In this document: piece after piece, positions 52,910 through 64,000 of the stretch
Layout of the letters: each line of letters begins with the position of its first letter
Numbering within the stretch: position 1 is the stretch's first letter
Source of the DNA: Eledone cirrhosa
Taxonomy: Eukaryota
Assembly: GCA_964016885.1 (NCBI GenBank)
Contig: OZ024743.1
Location: 275,838,001 to 275,902,000 of the forward strand
DNA: 64,000 nt
Reading direction: 5' to 3'
Program-made: the position numbers and the translations under genes
The notes under the pieces: model-generated
The model's database searches: none
The model's input: only the letters and a program-made list of their open reading frames with translations
Told to the model about the DNA's origin: nothing

Positions 52910-53893
52910 TACTTGAAATTTGAAACTCAGCTTAAAATCACTTATAACATTGATAGTAAGACATATTATTACAGGCAAACATATGATATCAAATACACCT
53001 CAATTAATACATACACACACACACAGATATATGTATATGTGTGTATAGATGTATGTGTGTGGATATATGTGTGTATATATATGTATATATGTGTGTAAAT
53101 ATATATATGTGTGTGTATTATACACATAAACACAAGCCATACAAATATAAAGAATACATGGTAGATTTTTTGTGTTTTTGCTTTTTCACCTGGAGGGCTT
53201 TAATCTAGCAATGTTTGTTAATTATATAACCTCATTTGCAAACAATATTTGTGTTAAATAAAGCAATGTAAGATGGATGACACTCCATGGGAGCTGAACA
53301 ATGATAAATAAATGTTCCAATAATTTATGTAACCCCTTCACAGAAGAAAGGGTTTATTGGAGAGTGAGAAGAGGAAAGAGAGAGAGGGGAGAAAGAGAGA
53401 GAGAGGGAAGAGAAAGAAAGAGAGAGAGAGAGATGTAAATGGTAGAGCAGCAGATTTGAGAGGTTAAGACTGTCATAATGATAATAATAACAATAATTGT
53501 TTCTAATTTTGGCACAAGGCCAGCTATTACCCCAGTGTATTACTGGTACTTTATTTTATCAACCCCGTAAGGATGAAAGGCAAAGTTAACCTCGGCGGGA
53601 TTTGAACTCAGAATGGCAAGAGTCGTAACTCTATGCTGGAAAGCATGGCGTCCGATCCTCTACCAATACTGCCAATCAAAATAATTGTTGCTACAAGGCC
53701 AGCAATTACCCAGAGCATTACTGCCAATCCAAATAATGTTTGTTGGTTTGCAAGAAACATGTTAATGAAACTGTTGACAGGGAGATGGGAGGGAGGAGTG
53801 GATAGATGGATTGGGAGGAGTAGTGGGGGTAAGATTGAGAGACAAGCTAGATAAATGGATGGATATAGCAATAGCTAAATAGAGTGACAGACA

Positions 53894-54027
<134 letters not shown>

Positions 54028-54056
54028 TAGATAGATAGCTAGCTACATAGATTAAC

Positions 54057-54098
<42 letters not shown>

Positions 54099-54379
54099 AG
54101 AGAGAGAAAGAGAGGGCTGGAGAGATAGATGATAGGTAGACTGATGAATAAATAGATGGAGAGAGTAAGAGCGATACATTGAGGGAGAGATAGGTAGGTA
54201 GAGAAAGAAAGAAATGTGGAATTTATAGAAATTTATAGAGATAAAAACAAAAATAAATTCAAATTTGAACTGAACACAAGATTTGGAACTGTCACTATTT
54301 TGGAATGACAATAGCAAGAATGGAATAAACTTGAGAAGAAAAATAACGGAGATTATGGATAGGCAGTGGATCAAAATCT

Positions 54380-54612
54380 TTTACCTACATAATAAAGGGA
54401 ATCTTTGGCTAGTTGCTTGATCTGCTAGAAAAAACAGCCAAACTTCCCTCAAATCATGCACCACAGTCATAGATAAGGAAAATACACATTTTGATAATGT
54501 AGTACTGAATAGCCTTGAACTAACAAAAAAGTGAGGGGGCAGAATGGTGACAGCTGGAATGCCTTTGATTATTGGTTCGTTTGATCAAAGGTGACCTAGG
54601 ATTTAACAACAT

Positions 54613-54696
<84 letters not shown>

Positions 54697-55203
54697 TAAT
54701 ATATATATATACAGCAAAATTTCACCCAAATTACACCCTAAACACCTTAGATAAGGAAAGCACATTTGGGATAATGTAAGTCCTAGATAACCTTAAACAA
54801 ACGGGATGGTCACAGCTGGAATACCTTTGACTATTGGCCTGCTTCATCAGAGGTGACCTAGGATTGAACAACATACATATGTATGTATATATATATATAT
54901 ATAAAACCTTGAAAAATGGGATGGTCACAGCTGGAGTGCTTTTGATTATTAGCCTGCTTCATCAGAGATGACCTAGGATTAAACAACATATATACATATG
55001 TACATACATATATATAACAGCTAAATCTCCCTCAAATCACACCCTACTGCTTCAGATAAGGAAAGGACATATTGGATAATATAATCCTAGAACCCCCCCC
55101 CCCCCCACACACACACACACTCGCAAAAAAAAAATATATAATAATGTGGATAGTCAGAGCTGATCAGGATTAATCAGAGCTGACCTAGGATTAATCAACA
55201 ACA
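54380..55203 (+). repeat. Four partial tandem copies of a SINE-like dispersed repeat (family C) separated by (TA)n
   Basis: ATGGTCACAGCTGGA...ATCAGAG.TGACCTAGGATT.AACAACA four times; related fragments near 6190, 39080, 44140 and 60130. Confidence 0.7.
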
Positions 55204-55304
55204 TGGCTATACCGAAGAGGTAGAGAGAAATTATATTCCTTCAGAGGAAGTTTGGGAGGAAACTGGGCAAAAATGGTAGAACAGTACCAAGATGAAAATG
55301 CACG

Positions 55305-55350
<46 letters not shown>

Positions 55351-55507
55351 GGAGAGCGATGAAATGCTGGTGGGGGTTGGGGGAGTCACTGATGGGTGAC
55401 TGATTTTATTTATATATATATATATATATAAAATGAAATATTTAAAATGTATTAAAAAACAATCAAATATACTAATACTACTATCAACACTATCATGATA
55501 TATACAG

Positions 55508-55790
55508 CAAACACACCACCCCGACCATTGCTAGCTATAAGCTAACAATTTCAAATAGGTGTTATGTATACACATACACACCACCTGACCATTGCTAGCT
55601 ATAAGCCAATAATTTCATATACGTGATATATATATATATATACACACACCACCCAACCATTGCTAGCTATAAGCCAACAATTTCATATAGGTGATTTATA
55701 TACACACACACCAATATCTCACATACGCATACACATCCCACACCGGCCATTTCTAGCTATAAGCAAACAATTTCATATAGGTGATACACA
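55508..55790. repeat. Four copies of a unit of about 40 bp separated by variable (TA)/(CA) tracts
   Basis: CCATTGCTAGCTATAAGC.AACAATTTCATATAGGTG four times. Confidence 0.85.
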
Positions 55791-56263
55791 CTCACACACA
55801 CAGTCCCACCAATATCACACACACACACTAACATAGAAAGGCGTCTTACACCTCACTTATCTATAAGCCTCCTCCACTCTCACCACCATCTCCTCCTCCC
55901 CCCAAGACCTGTTTAACTATTCTGACAACTGATATAATAATCCTAATTTCTTCTGCTTCTGGCAGAGTCCCCCTGGATGGTCTTTATAACCTACAAAGTC
56001 ATTATTAAGAATTACCCAGCCAGGCCCAGAGCCCTTTCATCTTGTCTTTGATGTGTGCTTTCATCTTCTTAGCTCAGTGATAAATGGAGGGAGGGGGCAG
56101 AGGTGGGGGGGGGGACATGGGTTTCCACCTCTTCTGCATCCAGAACACAAGTGTTGTGTGTGTATTTGTGTGTGTGTGTGTGTGTAGGTGGGTGTATTTG
56201 TGTGTGCGTGAGTGTGTGAATGTAAATATATGTATATGTATATATTTCATGTCTTTATAACTG

Positions 56264-56297
<34 letters not shown>

Positions 56298-56456
56298 CTT
56301 TGCTTGCTCTCACATTACCCCTGCATACTTACAGACACACACACACATATGAAATGCACACCACCAAACTCATATAGATATGTACATACATATATATGTG
56401 TGTGTGTGTGTGTGTGTGAATGCATGCGCGAGTGCACTTGTGCATGAAAGGGGAAC

Positions 56457-56539
<83 letters not shown>

Positions 56540-56994
56540 GATGACTGTATGGTGCTTTCATGATGAAAGGGAAGACCTAGGTGATAGGTACAATTGAAGA
56601 AAAGATCACCCAAATATGTGTACACACAGGCACTCTTTCACCCTCACGCTTGTGTGCTCACACACTACAAGTAACTTACACAAATACTCAGGCCCATAAA
56701 AATACCAATCTATCAACTTCTAGAAAACAACTAGCAATTTAATTCAAACCATTTATTACACACACAGATACATATGCATACACTCACCAACACACACACA
56801 CACACACACATCCATACATATTTCTTGATCACACACACAAATATGCATACACGTGCAAAACAAACATACATATACACACAAAAATATGCATACATATATA
56901 CGTATAGAAACATGCATACACACACACATACAGAACATTGCTTGAAATTTTCATGTTAAAATTCATTTCATAAGACAGCCAGGCCAGAGCTGCT

Positions 56995-57350
56995 GGTGGC
57001 AGTAGTGTTGTTGTTGGTGGTGGTGGTGGTGACAGTTGTGATATTGGTGGTGGTGACAGTTGTGATATTGGTAGTGGTGGTTATGACATTGCGATATTGT
57101 TGGTGGTGGTGGTGGCAGTGTGATATTGGTGGTGGTGGTGGTGACAGTTGTGATATTGGTGGTGGTGGTGGTGACAGTTGTGATATTGTTGGTGGTGGTG
57201 GTGGCAGTGTGATATTGGTGGTGGTGGTGGTGACAGTTGTGATATTGGTGGTGGTGGTGGTGACAGTTGTGATATTGGTAGTGGTGATTATGACATTGCG
57301 ATATTGTTGGTGGTGGTGGTGGTGGCAGTGTGATATTCTTGGTGGTGGTC
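56995..57350. repeat. GT-rich minisatellite of about 30 bp (GTGACAGTTGTGATATTGGTGGTGGTGGTG)
   Basis: Direct reading. Confidence 0.85.
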
Positions 57351-57589
57351 TGATGGTGTGGTGGTATTGGCTGTCATCGTGATAATGGTGGAGATGTGAT
57401 GATTATATAGATATGAGCGAGAGAGAGAGAATGAGAGAGAGAGAGTGAGAGAGAGAGAGTGAGAGAGAGAGTGTGTAGGATCTGAAAGAATGCACAAGTG
57501 TAAAATCAAAGATTGATGCATTAGGCAGCTTTTGATGTCATTGATCTAACAGAGCAAGACTAAATCAGTGGTAAGAACACCGTGACTGG

Positions 57590-58235
57590 CTCTATTACTA
57601 CTACTACTACTACTACAACTACCAACACCACTACTACCACCATCACTGCTTATACTATTAATACCACTACCACCACTGCTTATACTGTTACTACTACTAC
57701 TACTACAATTACCAACACTACTACCACCATCACCTCTACCACTACTGCTTATACTATTACTACTACCACCACCAATGCTACTACTAATACTACCACTATT
57801 ACGACCACCACAGCTACTACTACTACTACTACTTTTAATACTGCTACCACTACCACTATCACAAATTACTATCACAGCTACTACTGAGGCAACTATTACT
57901 ACCCATTCACCAATAGTACCATACTCAGCATCACCATCCATATCACCAGCACTGACATTACCTTCTATATTACCAGCACTGGCATCACCACTGGTATCAC
58001 CAGCACTATCAGCATCATCACCACTATCATCAACAGCAGCGAAATCATCAGCATCATCACCACTATCACCATCAGCAACATCATCACCACTGACATCATC
58101 TACAACACCTGCATCAATACTAGCACCCCCACTAAATACCATTTCCTCCACTGGCATCGCCACTTCAACCAGCATCACTACCACCACCAATATCCCCATC
58201 ACCACTAAGACCAACAGTAATGCCAGCACCACCCT
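57590..58235. repeat. Low-complexity (CAC/TAC/CAT)n trinucleotide region
   Basis: Direct reading; explains the overlapping T/S/G/D-rich ORFs. Confidence 0.8.
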
Positions 58236-59447
58236 CCTGTTATGAGAGGCAGGGCATTACTATGAACACAATACTGGAAAGAAAGATTGAATTAACTTCC
58301 TCAACACTACCACTACTCCACCATGGTGGGACGCCCCTCACAAAACATGCTATAACCAACCCACCCCTACCTCATCTGCTAACCCTCACCCCTTGTTTCT
58401 TTTTACAAGGAAATATTAATTAGAATTGAGCAGTCTTTCTTTTTCTCACTTCACAACTCATCCTTTGTTCTTCTCTCCTTTCCCTCTCAAGCAAGGAGAT
58501 AGTGAGTGGTCATAGCAAGATTACTATGATAACACACAGAGAGGGAGAGATGGAAAGATGGAGAGAGATAGGGTGGGGAGTGGTGTGGAGATGATCTGTA
58601 AAAAGAATTCTCAGATCAGAGAAGGGATAGTGTTTACACATCTGGAGTGATGTCCCTTAGTCAGCATAACAAGCAACAAAGTAGCCACATGCTAGATTCA
58701 TGGGAGAGAACTTGATGTTACACCAATGCAACAGCTGTAGCATCTTGTATAATAGGGAAGCTGAAGAGATTAAGGAGGGTGTTTTTGTACTTAATCAGTA
58801 TGTCAAAAGATGGCGAGTCCATAGCTTGTAGGGAGAATGAATTGCCTGGGAACATACTCTGTAGAGAGAGATCTGATTTGCTCTCACTTAACCCTATTGA
58901 TACTAAACTGCTGAAATCACTTTTGGTTCTATGATACAAAACTGCCTAAAACTCCAAGTTTTTATGCTTATATTAAAACCTTTCTTCATAATTTTATCAA
59001 AAAACCTTCTTTAAGTTATGTTCCAAACACCAACTTAATGTTTATTTATAAACTAGGCACATGGTCTGCAATTTGTTGGAAGAGAAATTCGATTATATGT
59101 ATTTGGCTGGTACATTATTTTATCAATCATGGAAAGAGGAATGGCAAAGTTGACCTTGGCGGGATTTGAACTCGGAACCTAAAGAACAAAAACAAATGCT
59201 GTAAAGCATTTAATCTCATGCTCTAACAATCCTGCTAATTCACTGTAATAAAAACCAACTTAATAATGAGAAAGTTATATTCTAAATCTCTCAAAATTCT
59301 TGATTATTTTCAAAATTATTTGAAAACTATAGGCAGTATCTGTCATTAGAAATATGGTGGCAAAAGGGTTTAAGTGAATAACATATTTCACTTGAATCAT
59401 CTTTTATATAATCCCTTTTATTGCTGTAATAGTTTCCATATTGTTGA

Positions 59448-59587
59448 CCCTTGTCTTACCAAGCTATAAGTAGCTATCACAATGTAGTATAGTGGTATCC
59501 TTGTCTTACCAAGCTATAACTCGCTATCACAATGTAGTATAGTTGTACCCTTGTCTTACCAAACTATAAGTAGCTATCACAATGTAT
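59448..59587. repeat. 50-bp tandem repeat, about 2.8 copies
   Basis: TTGTCTTACC recurs at 59451, 59501 and 59551. Confidence 0.9.
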
Positions 59588-62500
59588 TTACCTAGACACA
59601 ATAGCAGGCAAACCCCCTTCAAATCATACCATCTTAACTCTTAACATCTTGTACCACATGAAACCACATTAGGAAGACATTCTTGGAAAGTATATAAAGT
59701 AACACTATGACTGCTTCACATTAAAATTGAAGTCTTTACTCTAATACAGCAAATATTTACAATACTGCAAATGTCTACAATAATCTGTATATTATTAAAG
59801 ATACTATAAACATTTGAATTAACAAACTACATGAAACCACATTAGTAAGACCTTAGAAAATAAGAAGTAACACTTAACTTTAACACAGAAAATTGTCACA
59901 GTAAAGAAAGATACTGTAAATATTTGAATTAACATAGCAAGACATCCTTGAAAAGTATAAAGTAACAAACCCTATAACTGCACCACATTAAGAATTGAAG
60001 TCTTTACTCTAATACTACAAATTTACACTATGATCTGTACATTAGTAAAGATACTACAAACATATTGAATTTATAAACTAATTTTTATAGATGTTCTGCT
60101 AAATCATTACAGGATGTTGAGAGTTAAAGTGAAAAGACATAAAAAATGTAGTCTTAGATACATTGTGCTCGGAAAACAAAAACGGGATGGTCACAAGGAA
60201 AACCTTTGCACTATAGCTAAACAACAACAACCACAAAAACTAACTAATATCACTTTTTTCCATATGTCCAACCTACTAATAGTCAATAAACTATATCTTC
60301 AGCTGGAACAATAACTACAGCAACCAATATGAGAAGCTAACCCTCCACATCTCCATGACTCACTGCACCAATGCCTCTTAGTTTCTCTCTTATTTCAGTT
60401 GCATTAATCAGATAAATTTTTACTTCAATAACGTGCAAGCCTAGGAAGGAAATATTTGCTCATTATTCTTTTATTGGTTTCACTCATTGGACTGTGACCA
60501 TGCCAGGGGCCACAGCCTTAAAGCTTTATGTTTGACCCTATCGACCCTACTACTCATTTCACTTTCGTACTTATTATATTGATCTATTATTGAACAAATT
60601 GCAATACATATTTTTTGTGTGTAAAGACAGCCATAACTCTACAAACGGGTAAATGCAACACACAAAGATACACACACATGGACACACAAAAACACACACG
60701 GACAAGGACACACAAAGACACACACGGACATGGACACATAGGCATACATGGATGGACATACATACAGACAGACACACACACACGAACACATACACACAAA
60801 AACACAAGGACATACACATATACACACAAGAGTTTCAACACACTAATCTTCTCCCGAACTTCACTTACAAAACAATTGACCAGCTTGGTACTTGACAGAT
60901 TACTTATTTTGACAACCCCCTGGGAGTATTGAAAACAAATTCGATCATAGCATGACTTAGCTCAGAGCATATAGGACAATAACTAAATAGCACACCGTAA
61001 TACGTCTGATGCTCTACTGGCTCAGTTAAACCACTACATTTCTACTACTGTAGAACTTCTGTGTCTCGGGCAAACCATAAATCGGAATCTAGAAATTTGG
61101 TATCCAAGTTGAAGGTTTAGGCAAACTCTCAGTTGCCTGTGCGTGTCAGTCTCCTCTAACTATACCAGTGATGTTGTCCAAGAGAAAAACATGGGTTCAT
61201 ACAGCTTAACACCAATGTCTTTGAAGGTGCTCCCAACAGAAGAGCCAGTACAGATACTGTAAGGGATTTTTGTCTGATTCCACCAATCAAGTACCCTGGA
61301 TTAGTACGTTATTTATCAACCCTTAGTACTTTATTTATTGACCCCAAAAGAATGAAAAGCAAAGTTAATCTTGGTGGAACATGAATTCAGTTCACACAGA
61401 GAGAGTCAGAACACATACTACAAGCCATTTTATCTAGCAATTTGCTGTCCTTTTACTACCACAATATTTCTAATTTAAGCACAAGGCCCAGCAATTTTGG
61501 AAGAGGTTAATGTCGATTCATTGACCCCAGTACTTGACTGGAACATATTTGAACTCAGAATGTAAAGAGCCATAACTAAATTGTGTCAAACCTTTTTGTT
61601 TGACACGCTAATGGTTCTGCCAAACACTGACACAAGTACTTGGCTGGTACTTTTTTTTTTATCGGCCTCGGGACAATGAAAGGCAGAGTTGACCATGGCT
61701 GGATTTGAGCTCAGAACATAAAGAGCCATATATAAATCTCATAAAAAAACATTTTGTCTGATAGTTGTAAGGCTTCCGATAAACCACTGCTCAACTACTA
61801 TCATATAAATAACAACACAAAGGTTTGGTAAAAATATGATATATAACGAAATCACCAAACAAATCTCAAAATTTTGCTCTCATATGGAAAAAAAACAATT
61901 AACTGACAATAGCAAAAATATATCATCATAGAAAGCAATTCGACTTTTACATCATTCTTTGAACTTTTGATTTCTTTTAATCTTTATTTGGTCTTTACTT
62001 AGACCAAACCTCTCTACTGAAGAGATTAGCTGCAAGGTGAAACTATTGATAATAATGTTTTTCATATATGACAGAGGATTGTCTATCTAAATGCCGTGAT
62101 TCAGCTAAACAAAGAATAAGATTTAATTAGAATTCAAAGCTGTATTGTTGATAGTAGAACCGAAGAGGTTGTCTTCAGTTGTGCCAGAGAATTCACAGCA
62201 GAATTCAATGGAGAAAGATATGAATGGGTAAGAGAAATCATTAAATGTTACTGACTGAATGTCTTATCTCACAGACAGCTGAAATAATACAGTAGCTGTA
62301 TATATATATATATAGGCCTGAATGAAAGTGTAGCAGCTGAGTGGAATTGAAACTGTAGTTCTGGAATATATCAACCATCATTATATATATTTGTGTATAT
62401 ACACACATACATACACAAATATACATATACATATGTGTGTGTGCATGCATACACATATGTATGTGCATACATACATATATATATATATACACACATACAT

Positions 62501-63827
62501 ATCCATATATACACACACAAATGTATGCATACATATCTATGTATGTATACATATATATATATATATATATTTATATATACACACACACATATATATATAC
62601 ATGCAGACAGACAGACACGCATACACATACATCTATACATACACACACACACATATATATATATACATACATACACACACACATACATAAATATAGACAC
62701 ACACACAGCTTCCTACTCCTATGTATTCCCCTGCCTGCATGGAGGCACAGATATGCACAATACAGGGCATCAATTTGATTATTTAATTCAATTCATGAAG
62801 GCTGATATCATTATTGTTTTCCATGATGATTCCCAATCAATGATAATAATCTCTCTTGGAGCAGAATGAGAACAATTTGCTGTCTTTTCCTTCTTTTCTT
62901 TACTTTTCTGGGTTTTTTTTTTTCATTTTCCACATCATCAGTCAGTCAATAAGTGTTTACAGTACACGCCAGTAGTGAGAATACTTATTATCCCCCGCCC
63001 CCTAGTAGCTATATATGTGTGTGTGTGTGTTTATATGAGTATATATATATGTCTGTATATATGTGTGTGTGTATGTATATATGTATGTATATGTGTGTGT
63101 ATGTATGCATGTATGTATATGTGTGTGTGTGTATATATATACGCGTGTATGTGTGTGTGTAAATATATATGTACACATATATAATGTAGTAGGAGAGAAG
63201 GAGGATGAACTATTTTAAACTAAGGCTTATGAACATTTGGGATGATGATAATGATGATGGTGGTGGTGGTGAATTTCTAACAATAATAAATGATACCAAT
63301 AATAAAGAACTGATAGTTGAGTACTATTCCGAATTTGGAAATATATTTCTAGTTATTAAAGGTCAACATAAAACACTAACAAAATAAAATTATTGAAGAT
63401 TATATATATGTTTATGTGTGTTTGTATATATGTGTGTGTGTGTATATATACAGGATGTCCCCACAAAATGTATACATATTTTTTATTAGAATGCTGTTGA
63501 AGTGCGTATACATTTTTGGAACACTGTGTATGTGTGTTTGTATGTATATGTAAATAAGACCGTCATTGCTCCAATCAGTCTACAGTCTAAATGTGTGTGT
63601 TTGTACACTTAACATCGTCAAATGGTTAAGGAGTTCACTTTGTAATCATTATGTTTCAGGTTCAATCCCCCAGTGTGGCATCTAGAGTAAGTCCCACTTA
63701 GCATAGCTTCAAGTTAAGCCATGCCTTTCTATGAGTGAAATTAGGGAGATGGAAATTGTTTATAGACTTGTGAGATGGAATGAACATGTACTCCAAAAAC
63801 TAGCCTTGTCGTACTGAATCTCCTTAA

Positions 63828-64000
63828 CCCTTTAGTGTTCAAACCGGCCAGAATTCTCTACCTCTTTCTGTTGAAACTGGCTGTAACTGGTCGCTCAAAC
63901 TGATGTTAAGGTATTGTTTTCAAAATAAATACTTTCAAAATCTCATAGATTCGATATTATGTGAGATAATTATGTGAGGTAAAGCCTTTACCATTAAAAT
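63828..64000. mobile_element. piggyBac-like MITE family 1, reverse orientation, runs off the window
   Basis: TTAA|CCCTTTAGTGTTCAAACCGGCCAGAATTCT..., the reverse complement of 34210-34419. Confidence 0.8.

Noticed and set aside
54800-54970. Hammerhead motif from CTGATGAAG on the minus strand of family C repeats
   Set aside because: No GAAA box or closing stems; other copies read TGATCA or TAATCA at that position.
55508-55790. CRISPR-like repeat/spacer pattern
   Set aside because: The spacers are TA/CA microsatellite tracts and the repeats are degenerate.
57546-58245. Mucin-like or D/G/S-rich ORFs on both strands
   Set aside because: Trinucleotide low-complexity sequence, open on both strands, with no supported splice sites.
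58630-58890. Possible CR1/Jockey-like LINE 3' remnant
   Set aside because: Similarity is too faint to support without a search.
62241-63184. Many YI/HT/CV-rich ORFs, here and throughout the window
   Set aside because: Translations of (TA)n, (CA)n and (GT)n microsatellites.

Overview
AT-rich, microsatellite-saturated animal genomic DNA with no prokaryotic features. The SINE/MITE/RTE repertoire and simple-repeat density most resemble a coleoid cephalopod (octopus); this is inference, not verified. The window appears to be the interior of one large minus-strand TCF/LEF (TCF7L2/pangolin-like) gene. Three GT-AG exons (36471-36351, 21362-21272, 11869-11663) splice in frame into the proline-rich region that precedes the HMG box. 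The middle exon is missing from the ORF track. I did not find the beta-catenin-binding or HMG-box exons in the window. The introns hold a decayed Chapaev3-type DNA transposon (1-2112), a young 5'-truncated RTE LINE whose 3' tail is shared with a tRNA-derived SINE family, older LINE fragments, several modular SINE families, TTAA-specific (piggyBac-like) and Tc1/mariner/pogo-like MITEs, a non-autonomous Helitron and large minisatellites. The most unusual signals are a dispersed repeat carrying minimal hammerhead-ribozyme motifs, a 273-bp near-perfect foldback flanked by those repeats, a loopless 122-bp palindrome, and a phased cluster of TCF-type binding motifs probably inside the TCF gene itself. 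Almost all other ORFs in the track are microsatellite artefacts. All coordinates were read by eye, and repeat boundaries are approximate.
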